Positions 49,715 to 63,297 of a DNA stretch of 64,000 nucleotides are shown piece by piece (position 1 is the stretch's first letter; the number at the start of each line of letters is the position of its first letter). The DNA is from Rhynchobatus australiae (taxonomy: Eukaryota). The notes under the pieces were generated by a model. The model ran no database searches. It was given only the letters and a program-made list of their open reading frames with translations, and was not told where the DNA came from. A program made the position numbers and the translations under genes. The stretch covers positions 6,091,264-6,155,263 of the forward strand of contig JAUZTB010000087.1 in the NCBI GenBank assembly GCA_034780895.1. The letters are read 5' to 3'.

Positions 49715-50040
49715 AACAGAGTGGTGCAGCTACTAGAGCTGTAACCTTATGGAAGCAGAGACCTGGTTTCAATCCTGACCTCAGCTGCTGTGTGGACCTT
49801 GGACATTCTCCCTGTGATGTGTGGGTTTCCTCCCAGTGCTCCAGTTTCCTCCCACATCCTAAAGATGTGCGGCTTGGTAGGTTGAATGGCCACTGTAAAT
49901 TGTCCCTAGTGTAGGTGAGTGGTAGAATAGGTAGAGAATAAAACATGGAATCAGTGTCGGATTAGTGTAAAATGGGTGCTTGATGGCTGGCATAGACTCG
50001 ATGGGCTGAAGGGCCTGACTCCTTGCTGTACCCCTCTATC
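49715..50040 (+). mobile_element. tRNA-derived V-SINE (HE1-like)
   Basis: Pol III A/B-box-like head (GTGGTGCAGC..GGTTTCAATCC), V-domain GTGGGTTTCCTCCCAGTGCTCCAGTTTCCTCCCACATCC and a CR1-type tail ATGGGCTGAAGGGCCTG. Confidence 0.75.
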
Positions 50041-50159
50041 TAAACTGCACTCTGGAAGGAGCTTGACTATTTCCCTACACATGGAAACAATAATTATAAT
50101 GGTATAGTGAATTACAGCACTGTTCTTTGTTGGGTCAGGATCAAGCCAAATTAATGAGA

Positions 50160-51620
50160 AATATTGAAAAGTAAAATGTAAATTTAGATGCTGGAAATCT
50201 GATCTAAAAACATAAAATACTGGAAATAATGTATCAGGTTGCATCTGTGGAGGGAAAAACAGTTAATGTTACATCTCACTGACCTTTCTTCAGACATCTG
50301 TTTTTGTTTTTGCTTTGGTGGGATACATGTCTCTTTGTTGAAAAGCAAAGAAAAACTGCAAATTATAAAAATCTGAAATAAAAACAGAAAATATTGGAAT
50401 ACTCAGCAGGTCAGGCAGCATCTGAGGAGAGATAAACAGAGTTAATATTTCAGGATGATGACATTGCTTCAGATTGTAGAAGTGAGAAAATAAGCAAACG
50501 GGGGAGAGATGGAGAGTACAAAGTGAATGCCTGTAATAGGGTGGAGACATTACGTTGTCCAGGAGGCATATTTGCTTTCCGTGCTCTCTAAGAAAGGGAG
50601 ATGAATGCTTGTCAATGATCATCGATGTCTCTGAAGTGTTATCAGAGGAAAATGACTGAAGCCAATAGTGAGAGAAAGGGATAAGAAAACTTGCTTCAGC
50701 TGTGAGTAGTACACAGCAGTTTCTGCAGCTCTAAAATACAAAAGAATTATAGAAGTCTTCAGCAGATTAGGTAGCATCTGTGGAGAGAGAGCATGTTAGC
50801 TAATGGTGAAAGATCTTTTATCAGAACTGACCACATCTGACACATATCTGAAGGTTATCTGAAGGTATTGAATTCAATATTAAGTCTCAAGAGCTGCAAC
50901 TCTCCTGAATGGATGAGGGGCTGTTTCCAAAGCTTACAATGGGGTTTACATGAAGAGTGCAAGAGGCCAATGACAGAGAAGCCAGTATGGGATTGGGAAA
51001 CTCCCACTCTGACCTCCAGCCTACTGCACTGTTTCAACAAAGACCAATGTAAGCTCGAGAAACAACGTTATCTTCCATCAAGGCACATTGCAAACCTCCA
51101 ATTTCAATACTGGACTCAATGATTTCAGACCGCCAGCCTTTTCATTATGTCAGAAGTAGTCAGATCTGATATAACTTCTTCCACCAGTATCATTAGCTCT
51201 GGTTTTCCTCTCTCTATTGATTCCCTTTTATTTCAGTTTTCTAGCAACTGTCCTATTTGCATCTCACAGTTCAAGCAAGTTTATTTTTACCTCTCTTTCT
51301 CTATTCCACACCCCCCCCCCATTCATCTTCCTTTGTTCAGACACCTCCAGCTATCACTAACAAACATTCAATTTTTTTCTCTCACTCAACATCATAAGCA
51401 CGGCAGCATTTGGATAACTGGTCTCCACCCTAACACCGGAGGTTCTCCCTGTTCCTTCCACCTCTCCTGAACTCTGCAACATATAACAGGCATGTTTCTC
51501 ACTTTACCAACTCTAATAAAGGATCATCACCTTAAAATATTAACTCTCCCTCTCCCTCCAGAGATGCTACCTGACCTGTTGTGTATCCACAGTACTCCCT
51601 AGTTTTATTTCAAGACTTTT
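50160..51620. mobile_element. Penelope-like element remnants in inverted arrangement
   Basis: Two opposed copies of the Penelope ORF C-terminus (minus: CKLWKQPLIHSGELQLLRLNIEFNTFR; plus, frameshifted: LLHCFNKDQCKLEKQ...), flanked by CAGCAGGTCAGGCAGCATCTG-type terminal repeats. Confidence 0.65.
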
Positions 51621-52579
51621 CGTTGCTTTTTATTTAACTTGGATCTTTGTTCTAAAATAGTGCTTGTATGGAACTCGTTGATGCATAAAGCCACGTTTGG
51701 TTCAGTGGTGAGAGATTAGATGGTANNNNNNNNNNNNNNNNNNNNNNNNNNNATGAAACTAACCTAGCTTCTGCTATTAACCTCCATAATGTTCCCTTCT
51801 GTGAGTCGATAGACTATATTAGAGATCAATCTAAGACATCTGGAGAAAAATTCTCCAACACATAATGTTTTAACTTTAAATTTCTCAACAATAGCTTATA
51901 TGAACATATTGCAGCATTGATATCTTCTTGCATTGATTACCTGTGTGACATGAAATTCTCCCTGTAATCTTCTATTGAAGATGACATCAGTGTCATTCAT
52001 GCCATTTAGCAAAGAGATGTCTGAATGATTAACATTGTATGAAGAGGGAAACAGCCAGGGAATATTAAAAACAATTGGAATAGAGTAAAATACAGAGTTT
52101 TCTAAACATCATCTAACCAGCATTCCAAGATAGCAATTCTCGAATCTAGGACTAGGTTGCGTGTTGCTTTGGTCACATGTCATAACCTAGCCATGCAAAC
52201 TTCAAAGGCCTTTTATGCAAAAATGAGAGTATAATTCAGGAGTCAATTGTTGCATGGAAGGTGATGTACATGTTCCTCACAGGTTGGGGCAGACCTTCGG
52301 CTGGTCTGAGATTACTGATCCTGTTTCTCACACTGTCTCCTTCCATATGGTCCAAGCAGTTATCTTCTGGATGTCCAACCTGCAGCTGATCAGCAAGGCT
52401 TAGTGAAGCACAGGGCTCGCTCAGCATAACTGGGTGGCTGCACCAACAGAGCAACTCTGACTAGAAGTTAGAGCACCACATACTGTCTCAGTGGCTGTTG
52501 AAACTCTCACTGTTACTGGAGGCTTATAAATGTCTTTCATATTCACAAACAATTCAAATTCTCTTGACTCTTGGAAATA

Positions 52580-52837
52580 ATAGTGGTACAGCATTAGTGC
52601 TGTTGCTGCACAACTCCAGCAACCCAGTTCAATCCTGATCTAGAAGAGACACAGATGACAGCAGATGCTGGAATCCAGTGCAACACACACAATGTTGGAG
52701 GAACTCAGCAGGACAGGCCGGAAGTGGCAGTCAGCATTACGAGTCGGGACCCTTCATCTGGACTGAAAGATAAATGACTGCTGGCTATCTCTCCTCTGTG
52801 TTTCAGTCCAGTTGATGGGTCTCAACCCGAAACATCG
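52580..52837 (+). mobile_element. SINE head interrupted by a Penelope-type inverted-repeat element running into an N gap
   Basis: GTGGTACAGC..CCCAGTTCAATCCTGA followed by CAGCAGATGCTGGAATC..GGAGGAACTCAGCAGG..CCTTCATCTGGACTGAA / TTCAGTCCAGTTGATGGGTCTC. Confidence 0.5.
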
Positions 52838-53549
52838 NNNNNNNNNNNNNNNNNNNNNNNNNNNNNNNNNNNNNNNNNNNNNNNNNNNNNNNNNNNNNNN
52901 NNNNNNNNNNNNNNNNNNNNNNNNNNNNNNNNNNNNNNNNNNNNNNNNNNNNNNNNNNNNNNNNNNNNNNNNNNNNNNNNNNNNNNNNNNNNNNNNNNNN
53001 NNNNNNNNNNNNNNNNNNNNNNNNNNNNNNNNNNNNNNNNCCCTAAGAGCTGGCACAGACCCGATGGATTAAATGGTCTCCTTTTTCACAAGGAAATATA
53101 GAAATATATATACTATTTCTTAAATCAAAAGACTAATAAGCTTTCATACTTAACCTAAATAAATAAAATGAAAGGTTCTACCCATATCTGATCTTTTCCT
53201 CGTCGTTGCTGATGGCACTGCTTTACTTGTAGCAGATCTAACCCGGTGAAGACAAGGTGGACCGATCCTCAGCATCACAAGCTGGGAAATCTGTTGGTTG
53301 GTGCTGCCCCATTAAATTCCATAGGGTATCCAGCAGTGCACCACAGTTGTCCCAGGTGCTCTCAGCAGAAGGCTGAATCATAGGCTCCATTTGGGAACAG
53401 CCAGTAACAAGCTTTTGTGCTGGCTGATCCGGGCAGACTTCAATGAAAGATTTGCCCCATCAGTGTCTCTCACTTGTAATCTAACTCACATAAGCAAGCA
53501 GATTTTTAAAGTTTGGAAATGTTTCACTGGATTTCCCAGGAATAATCAG

Positions 53550-53965
53550 AACTTGATCTTTCTCTGGAGCAGCAGAGGCTGAGGGGAGACCTGATAGAAG
53601 TTAAAAAGATTGTGATAGGCATCGAGAGAGTAGATAGCCAGTGTCTTTCTCCCAGGGTCGAATTGTCCAATACTAGAGGGCATGCATTTAGGTGAGAGGG
53701 AGTGAGTTCAAAGGAGGCGTGTGGGCCAATTTTTTACATAGAGAGTGTTGGGTGCCTGGAATGCACTGCCAGGGGTGGTGGTGGACAGAGGCATTTAAGA
53801 AACTCTTAGATAGACACATTAATAATCAAAAAATAGAAGGATATGGACTGTGCATATTGCAGAAGGGATAAGTTTAGTTCGCTGTTTAATTACTAATTTA
53901 ATTAGTTCGGTACAACATCCTGGGCCAAAAGGCCTGTTCCTGTGCTGTACTGTTCTATTCTATTA
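53550..53965 (+). mobile_element. CR1 LINE 3' end
   Basis: AGAGGCTGAGGGGAGACCTGATAGAAG (RLRGDLIE) ... GGGCCAAAAGGCCTGTTCCTGTGCTGTACTGTTCTA tail. Confidence 0.8.
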
Positions 53966-54734
53966 ATTTTGTAACCTGGAGACAGAAGAGACTGCAGAAT
54001 TTTGTAACCATTTAACAGTGATACATGTTTNNNNNNNNNNNNTTCAGCTATGATAACTGGTATTTGGACATTCATGAGAGAAATATTTGCACATATGTGC
54101 TCACAGGAAGATGCAAAGCTCCAGAGCCACTGGGCTGTCACAGTTAATTCAGGTCGTGCAGTGCAACTCTGCGTGAGGGATATTGTGCTGAAGATTGTTA
54201 CCTGTAACATAACTACATTCTCAGCATGCATTCACACCACAAAGCAAAGTGCTTTCACTTAGCAATAACACTGAGATTGCAGTACATTTGCAGTCTCACC
54301 TCCAAGTCAGGGACTAATCTGACAGCAGAGCAAGATGTGATGAAACTTCATTATGGCTGCTGTTTGGACTTTACCTGACTATTTGCATTCCACGCTGATA
54401 CAATTAACTGTGGCCAGTGAGTGGGAAGATGTTGAGCATAGGATCATTTACATGCTACCAGCATCTTCTTCCAGCTCAATGACTACAGGAGAATAGGAGG
54501 CTGACCAGTAACCAGCCCTTGCCTGCCAGAAACTAGACCTTGGTTAGAGGAGAGATGGTTGCAGTTACTTAGTATTAAATGGATGGGAAAGTGAGATAAG
54601 GCAGGCCAGCAACATTTCTGCTATGCCAGGCCACACTCAAGAGAATCTTACCCTTTCATGACCAATTTTATTAGTTATCTCCAGTGATCCCTTTAATATC
54701 CATTCCCCATCAAGTATAAATGGGTGAATGTCAG

Positions 54735-55030
54735 CTATATCCGCTGAGTCTGTGCCAGCCATAAGAACCCATGTTCATTCCCCTCAAACCCCTCCCAGAT
54801 TCTACTTCCCATCCATCCACTAGGGGCAATTTACAGTGGCCAATTCACCTACCGACCTGCAAATCTTTTGGGTGTTGTGGAAGGGGGTGGGATGGGAGGG
54901 TGGGAAATGAAGCAAATGGTAACAGGAAGAACATGCAAACTCCATACAGAGAACATTGGACGGCAGGTTTGAACCCAGGTCACTGGAATTGTGAGACAGC
55001 AGTTCTAATAGGTGCACCACTCTACTGTCC
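54735..55030 (-). mobile_element. tRNA-derived V-SINE (HE1-like), reverse copy
   Basis: GGGCAATTTACAGTGGCCAATT..ACATGCAAACTCC..TTGAACCCAGGTC..GTGCACCAC is the reverse complement of the 49715-50040 family. Confidence 0.7.
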
Positions 55031-56864
55031 CAAATTCTGATAATGTAACCTACTTTCAAATCACTATCATACCAGTTGTAAAGAAAATCAGGTTACCTCA
55101 ATTTAATTTAGGTTTGTAGGATTAATGCACTGCTGCATCCAAAGGAAAGGTGAGAATGTTCAAGAAAAACAGATAATATTGACCTCCACAGAGAATAACA
55201 TATAACAGGAGGTAAAACCACTTGTAATTTTCAGATATCATTTCCCTTCCCATCCCTATTTTTCAACATTCATCTTTCTAGAACCTATTATCTGTCTGTA
55301 TCCTTTCCAATTTAGTCCCAGTTGTTCCAACCAATTACCTGCCCGTCAATTGCTATGGCACACATTTTGCTTAATTTTATGTTTGATATTGTTACTGACA
55401 CAGACCCAAAATAAAATTACATTAATATTCACAGAAGGTGGAAGGCTAGCAGAGAATGAAGTCTGAAGAATTGTTGCAGAATCTCATAAAGATTACAATT
55501 TTATAAGAAAATCAAGTTGCCTTCATGTGTTATAGCATGAGGCTAAACTCTCTTCTGTCTCACATTTTAAGGAGCCTGTACCTTAATCTGTTATTTCAGC
55601 TTAAGTCTTTAGAAATGAGAACTTGGGATCTGACGGAATGATTGAAACCATCTGCAGCTGCTTTAGAGAGCTGTGCACTGGTTTCCTCGCATTGGGTGGG
55701 GGATGGGCAAGGCTGCAACATATGACATTTCAAGGTTCAGACATGCTGTTAAATACTAAGCTCCTCTATTACTATTCCAGAACCGTTTTGAAAGCAATGT
55801 CTGAATATGCTAAATTTTGATCTCTTAATATTGCACTTGGCAATGTTTAATATTTTAAACTCACAAATGATCTCCAATAAAATCTTGAGCCTAATACATT
55901 CACAGCAGGATATGTTCAATATAATATTAAGATGTGTCAAAGACTCATGGAGTAATACAGCACAGAAAAAGGCTTTTTGGTACACCATGTATGCTCCAAC
56001 CATTGATCAACCATTTACACTAATCTGACATTAATCCAATATTTTTATATGCCCTTCTTCCTCATAATGAATCTCAATCAATATTGAGCCATGTGTATTT
56101 GATTCAAAATGGTGTATTATCTGCCCTAGTTTTTGATATTCTGCAAGTGCTGATTTTGATTTGCTGGTGTTATCAGCGATAATCTCTTTATCGCAATCCT
56201 TGGGATTGCTTGACAGCACTTAACCTTTGAGACAGAAGATTGNNNNNNNNNNNNNNNNNNNNNNNNNNNNNNNNNNNNNNNNNNNNNNNNNNNGTAGATT
56301 CAAAATTTCACTCCAATGATTTTAGTCTGCAGTCTGGATGAAAACTATGTAAGTATTCTGAGAGAAAGAGAGGGAGAGAGATATACTGCACATTAAATCA
56401 GCATCCTGTCTCCACTGTCACTCAGATTGATCTAAAAGATCCGACAGCACGATTCAGAAAACTGTAGGGAAGTTCTTCCTGATGCCAAAGGAAAATGTTG
56501 CAGTTGCTGGAAAACTGAAATAAATCAAAACAGATGCTGAAAATATATAATATAAGGAATCACCGATGAAGATAGAATCTGAGTTAAACATTCCACCTCA
56601 ATGATTTATCATCAGAATAGTTCTGAATGGCAATCATCTACTTGACTGTGTTCACTGATCTGCCTGATGGAAGGTCAAACATTTTCTGTCCCAGAGTCCA
56701 GAACATGACTTATCATTGAACATACATTACTGAAATATAAGTTAATTGATCTTGGTCACATTCACATTAATTAAACCTTGGGGTTTTCAATTAGCTGCAA
56801 AATTTCCTCATATCACAACAGTAACTACATTCTCTGTAGCATGCATTGGAACATGTTGAAGCTG

Positions 56865-57495
56865 CAAATAAGAACATAACAACACAAGCAGTAGTAGGTT
56901 GACTGGCCCATCGAGCCTACTCCACTATTCAATAAGATCATGGCTGATCTGGTCCTGGGCTCAGCTCCACCTACTTACCTTTTCCCTACAACCCTTAATT
57001 CCCCTACCATGCAAAAATCTACCTAACTGTGTCTTAAATATATTTAATGAGGTAGCCTTTACTGCTTCCCTGGGCAGAGAATTCCACAGATTCACTACTC
57101 TGGGAAAAGCAGTTTCTCCTCATCTCCATCCTAAATCNNNNNNNNNNNNNNNNNNNNNNNNNNNNNNNNNNNNNNNNNNNNNNNNNNNNNNNNNNNNNNN
57201 NNNNNNNNNNNNNNNNNNNNNNNNNNNNNNNNNNNNNAGAGAATTCCACAGATTCACTACTCTCTGGGAAAAGCAGTTTCTTCTCATCTCCGTCCTAAAT
57301 CTATTTCCCCAAATCTATGTCCCCTGGTTTTAGTCTCACCTACCAGTGGGAACAACTTTCCTGCCTCTGTCTTATCTATCCCTTTCATTATCTTCTATGT
57401 TTCTATAAGATCCCCTCTCTTTCTTCTGAATTCCAGCAAGTATAGTCCCAGGTGACTCAATCTCTCCTCATAGGCTAACCCTCTCATCTCCTGGT
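56865..57495 (-). mobile_element. CR1 LINE 3' end
   Basis: AGAACATA..GGCCCATCGAGCCT..AAGATCATGGCTGATC..AGAATTCCACAGATTCAC..AGATCCCCTCTC..TCTCCTCATA is the reverse complement of the CR1 3' region. Confidence 0.75.
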
Positions 57496-57994
57496 AAATG
57501 ATGCAATATAAAGACTCCATAAATTGCCTGCCTTGCTGAGGCTATGAGCTTTGGATATTAATTGGTATAAGTTCTTATGCAGTTTAAGGTCAAGAAGGAT
57601 GGTCATTGTGGTCACTTGAGTATTGCTTCACACTGTATGTAACTCAGAGCTAAAGATAGGAAAGCAACAGGTCTCTTCCACGTTGACATTGTTCAGAGTA
57701 GCTGCCATTTTAGTCTTGAGACATGTTCTTGGCAGAAGGACAAACAACCATTGTTAATATTTTTTTCCATGGTGCCTTGGAAGTGTGTGCTGTTGAATGA
57801 CAATGGCTTCAGAATTCACAGTGATACTCCTAGAGTTGAATAATTCATGGATCAGGCATCAAATTAAGTTCATACTTGTGAATTACAATTGCATCATGTA
57901 TCACAGGAATATTACGCTCATAAAATTGACCACAACATGAATCACTGCCTTGAGAAGAGATTACTAAATGGAAATTCTGATACATTCCCACAAT

Positions 57995-58330
57995 CTTAAC
58001 ACAGTGGATGTGGAGAGGATGTTTCCTCTTGTGTGAGAATATAATTCTGGGGTCATTGTTTGAAAATAAAGGGTCATCAATTTAAAACAATAAATGAAAC
58101 ATTTTTTTTCTCATGAGTATTTGGAACTCTTTTCCTTAAAGGGGAGTGGAAGCAGAGTCTGAATATTTTTTAAGACAGAGCTAGATAGATACTTAATAGC
58201 AAGGGGGTAAAAGGTTGTTGAAGTTACATAGGAATTCAGAGTTGGCATTACACCACATTAGCTGTATCTATGAAATGAAAAAGAAGGTTCAGTTCACCAA
58301 GTGACCTACTCCTGCTCTTAATGTGTATGT
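57995..58330 (+). mobile_element. CR1 LINE 3' end (degraded)
   Basis: GGATGTGGAGAGGATGTTTCCTCTTGTG..GTGGAAGCAGAGTC..CCAAGTGACCTACTCCTGCTC. Confidence 0.65.
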
Positions 58331-59414
58331 TTCCCAGATCATAAGTATTAGTTCTCCAAAAACTTAATTGCAGCTCTCCACAGCCACAACATCCTGTATT
58401 TGTATATTCCCACAATTTAATTTACATTACTTTAGTAGAATTTTATAATCAAATGAAAAACATGTGTGTTGAGAAACAACTTCAATTTGATTTTCTGTTT
58501 CTTCCAATGTTTTTTTTTAATACCACCCCAAATTCTCAATGTAACATATATCCACAGTAAAGTTTCCACCTCCACACTGTCAGTTCTTGGTCCAAAGTCT
58601 CACACCCACCGTGCACCTATGAATTTACTGATAATCCATTCTTCATGTTGGATAGCATTGTCAGGTGGATGTTCCCCGACTATGTCTAAACCGAACTCAA
58701 ATACAAAGGTACACATGATTTCTACCAAGGGCACTGCGCTGAGGTAGGGATTGAGGGCCATGAGGACATTCTAAACTGTGTTATGTTTCTCACTCATCTC
58801 AGCCCAGGAAATATTGATCTTTCCAGCTCTTGTGTCAAGACGCATGATTACTTACAGAATCATCGGCAGAACCAGATGTGATAGAAATCACTGTTACATT
58901 TTAAAAAGCTCTGAGCATGGAAGTTAACTTAACATCTTGAGCATGGTAGATACCATGGATAAAGTACAATTTTCACAAGGTACTTTTTGTTGAGAATGCA
59001 GTANNNNNNNNNNNNNNNNNNNNNNNNNNNNNNNNNNNNNNNNNNNNNNNNNNNNNNNNNNNNNNNNNNNNNNNNNNNNNNNNNNNNNNNNNNNCACAAA
59101 CAGATTTCATGTGATGTTCAGCTTTCTTTAATATTTTAACAAAGGACTGAAATGGCTGCATTCATGTTAAAATCCAACATTGGCTGGCACATGTGGTTCA
59201 GCAGGGACATGAGCATATCACTCTAATCATCACCAATTTGAACATGGCATGGAGCTCGCAGTATGTCTGGCTTCTGCTATTTCTTCTGAAACAAATCCAG
59301 GACAAAGAGTCATGATCCTAAGATTATGGACTGATGATCTGGGAATGACATTAGGAAGTAGTTTTTCATTAAAGATTAGCAGATATCTGCAACTTCCTCA
59401 ACTCGAGAATGAAA

Positions 59415-59680
59415 GAGTGCACCACTGTTAGAGGTGCAGTCTTTTGAAATACCATGTAAATCCTTTCAGTCAAATATAACAGGCCCCAGCGCAGTGTCCT
59501 AATTAATATTTATCTCTCCCTTGCTAATCCTTATCAAAAGGTTATCTGATCATGATCACAATGTTGTTTGTGGGAACTTGTAGTATGTAAATTATCCAAA
59601 TGTCTCCAACATCAAACAGGATCTATGCTTCCAAAAGTACACCAATAGGGGTAAAGCAATTTGGGACTAAGAAGTGTTTG
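59415..59680 (+). mobile_element. Ancient Deu-type SINE remnant
   Basis: CACTGTTAGAGGTGCAGTCTTTTG..TTATCTGATCATGATCACAATGTTGTTTGTGGGAACTTG..CTTCCAAAAGTAC..GTAAAGCAATTTGGGA; similar to 62555-62900. Confidence 0.5.
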
Positions 59681-61464
59681 TGACATTAGTGCTTGTCCTT
59701 CTAAGTCTTAGGAAAAAAAATCACTGTTTTGTTTTCATTTTCTTTTAACACTTTCTTTTATCATTGATATCAGTCATAAAATATTGGACAGACGTTAGAA
59801 GTATTTTTTATTCATTCTGTGTTTGGGGGATTCATTGGTCAGACAATANNNNNNNNNNGACAATATCTATTGCCAATCATCACTGTTGAGAAGTCGAGAT
59901 GAACCACTGCAGCCACTCTGGTGTGGATACCCCCACAATACTGATAGTGTTTGATTGACAATCAAGAATCATCCAATCAGGTGATGCAGGATTTATTGGC
60001 ACTCTATTTATTGTGGAAAGACAGAACGCTGCAGAGATAGCTGTGTCAGGTGATGAGTGAGGATTTTATGTGATGATGCATTTTGCAAATCAGTCTAATG
60101 TCTGGACTAACCTTTTATCATAGTCCAGACTAAACTACAAGTGTTGCTGGAGAGAGAAACGTAGAGCAGGAAGCTGTAGCCCAAACCTGTTATAAATCTT
60201 GCAGCTGAATGTGGGCTAGAATGAGAGGGAAAAAGGAGTCTATTTCCTTCCTGTTTTCTTGCCCTTCACAGATCAATTGGCTGGTCTGACCACACTACGT
60301 GAATCAGCCTGGAGCACATCAGTCTTCTTACAGAAGCTGGCAGCTTCAATATGAATGTTCTCATTCAAAGCCTGCACACATTAAATCAGTATGGAACTGA
60401 CAGGCAGGGTCTGGGACTTGCTTGTGCCACAACATTCTAAATAAATTAGCTGCACTTTGCTTATTGCAATCCATGTGTTGTTTAAAAAAAACTCCCCTCT
60501 GAGTGAGTCAACTAAAACACAAATATCACCTTCTGATTGCTTCCTAAATGTTAATCCTTAAAGCAGTATGTGCAACATATCTTGTGTTACTGCATTTGTA
60601 TAGAATCAGAGGAATCTATGTTACCAAAGGAGGCTATTCAGCCCATTGGTCGATGGTGCTTCATGCAGACCAAACCTCAGTTCTTAAGCTTCTGGTTACA
60701 GCACATTAAGTGCTGCTCAGGTACTTTGACACTGAGGCATTCTGGCTCTACCACGCATTCTGGCTATGAATTCCAATGTCTGGATCATTTTTGTTTTCTT
60801 AATTCCCTTCCAATTCTCCTACCATTTACGATAAATTGATTGCTCCTTAGCGCCTGACCCCTACATTAAGGGAAACAAGTGCCTCTGAGCCATCCTTTCT
60901 AGGCCTCTTAATTTTAAACGACTTGGTTAATCTCCTGACCTCCTTTGTTCCAAAGGAAACAGCCACAGCCCAGCCTGATCTTTCATCAGTGCTAAATTTC
61001 TTCAGTCCTTCCACCATGCTCATAAATCTTTTTATCCTTTCCAGTGCAGCATGTGAGGTTGTGATCTATTGATCTGTTACTTCTCTCTATCCTCTTTGAA
61101 ATCTAATTTTGCCATCTTTTATACATACAAATCCAGAATACAAAATGACTTAAATCAGAGTGCAGTTTTCTCTGAGTACAAACTACCTTGAACAATGCGA
61201 CAAAACTATTGACCATAACTTATTGCGGTTGGACTGACCTCTTAAAAGCTTTTTTTTATTACTGTTGTCATGGGTTTGCCTATGGTAATGGGACAAAGCG
61301 AATCACTTTGATGTAAAGCATGACTCAATTATGAAAAGATGCAAAGCTTAATCAACTTGGAAAAGGATGAAAGCAATTTGAAGAACAGCCATTGGGACTG
61401 ACGAAAGCCTTGCATTAAACTAGTCAGAAGCTGCGATTGTAAAATCAAATGTTTTTCTCTTTCA

Positions 61465-61621
61465 ATTGCAAAGCTATTTCAGTCTTACAATCATGAATGG
61501 TTCTTCTGCATCAATGAGGACACTTGTAGTGTTTATTTAGACTTAATGAAATTGACATGAGACGCTAAGTTGATTAAATATTTTGGCCAGCCATTCAGAG
61601 AAGTCACGTTTGGAAAGGAGT
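61465..61621 (+). repeat. Copy 1 of a ~155-bp dispersed direct duplication
   Basis: ATTGCAAAGCTATTTCAGTCTTACAAT..TGTTTATTTAGACTTAATGAAATTGACATG..AAGTTGATTAAATATT; near-identical to 63142-63297. Confidence 0.9.
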
Positions 61622-62554
61622 GAAAGCATGGCATTNNNNNNNNNNGTTGTTGAAAAATGCCCATTAAAAAGGCAAGGTTGGTCTTGGTTTTACCCCTCTT
61701 CTAAGAGGTAGAACCCCTTTTTTTCTCTTAATGTGTCCTGCACCCTGATCTTTGGAGTACGGTATCTCACTCCCATGCATGCTGAATGTGTATATGGAAG
61801 TGACAATAAATTGATTCTGATTCTGCTAGTACAGCACTACCTTAGTTTTGCACCTTAGTGTCAGCATAAATTTTGTGCCAAGACTCAAATAAGTTATGAC
61901 TTCAGACTTGAAGTCTCTTCCCACTGTGCCACAGTCGACACATGCATTGGCAAATCACACTTCATCACAGCCATAAGCTGCTGAGCACACAAGCAGTTCT
62001 GTACACTTAGGTCAACATATTGGAAGCATCCTTCCTTTCTGCTTGCACATTCTGACCCAGATGGATGTAAATGTCCAGTCACATCATTTCTCAGAAGGAT
62101 GAGCACAGTAGAGTCAAATGCACTCCCTTGCACACTCTCCTAATCTGCACACTGTCTGCCAAGTCGCCAGGTCTTTCGGTGCAGGTGCAGGGCTAAAAAT
62201 AAGCGAGCATTTCAAATCATTACAATCACATGGGACTTAATGCTGCTCAGCATTTGTTCTCTGTAAAAATCCACCAACTTGACTTCAACAAAAGCTATCC
62301 ATTTTTAATTTACTGCACTCCCACAATTACTCCCTGAACTGTCTATTTGTAAATTAAAAGAATATGTTTAAAGCAAATGTTGCATGTTGAAGGTATTAAG
62401 TTCCAAGAAAGCCAGACATTTCCCTTGTTTGGGGGAGAAAGCAAGAGTAGGTTAATCAGTCGTAAACCCTTCAATGGTTGGATGCTTCAGAAGGTTGCAT
62501 CAAAGCAGCTACTGATCAAACCTCTGAGGATACCAGCCTCTTTAATGTCTTTCA

Positions 62555-62900
62555 GTGCACTCGAGACTTGGGCACAAAAATATAGCCTGAAGCTCCAGTG
62601 TAGAGAGTGATGTGCCATCTTTTGCACTATGCCTGATAATGAGGCCCCAACACATTATCTGGTAGATGTGAAAAGTTCAGTGGCATCATTTCAAAACAGA
62701 GTGTCCTGGACAATACATAACACTCAGCAAAACACCAATTAAAACTGATTATCATTTGTTATGATCACATTGTGGGCTGTGGGAGTTTGCCATTGACAGC
62801 TGTATTTTCCATATTACAACAATGGCCACACTCCTGAGAATTTCATGGCTTTGGGTTATTCAGAAAAGGACATCAAGATAATATAAAAATATATATTTTC
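62555..62900 (+). mobile_element. Ancient Deu-type SINE remnant
   Basis: GACTTGGGCACAAAAAT..CTCCAGTG..GTGCCATCTTT..GAGGCCCC..GTAGATGTGAAA..GTGTCCTGG..ATCACATTG..GTGGGAG. Confidence 0.5.
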
Positions 62901-63141
62901 TACTTTCTTTTACTCCTTTCAAACATGACAAATTAGGCAAAAGTGACAATTCAGTACTAGCACATTATCTTTAATCATGTGTTAATTGGCCCCTGTAGTT
63001 GTTTGCTAATTATCTTTGCAAAATGTTCTACCAAACTCAAGAGAACAGGAATATCTTGGACTTACTGCTGATCTCTGAGTCTTCCCTTTTGATGTCATAA
63101 TGAATCATATGATTGACCTTGTTTTCTTTGGAATAGGATCC

Positions 63142-63297
63142 ATTGCAAAGCTATTTCAGTCTTACAATGAATGGTTCTTTTCTGCATCAATGAAGACATT
63201 TGTTGTGTTTATTTAGACTTAATGAAATTGACATGCGACGCCAAGTTGATTAAATATTCTGCCCAGCCATTTAGACAAGTGACATTTGGGAGGGAGT
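63142..63297 (+). repeat. Copy 2 of the ~155-bp dispersed direct duplication
   Basis: Near-identical to 61465-61621 with scattered substitutions and small indels. Confidence 0.9.

Noticed and set aside
54818-54831. CCACTAGGGGCAAT, a CTCF-like word that might mark an HS5-1-type enhancer
   Set aside because: One base short of the core spacing and inside a SINE copy; no independent support.
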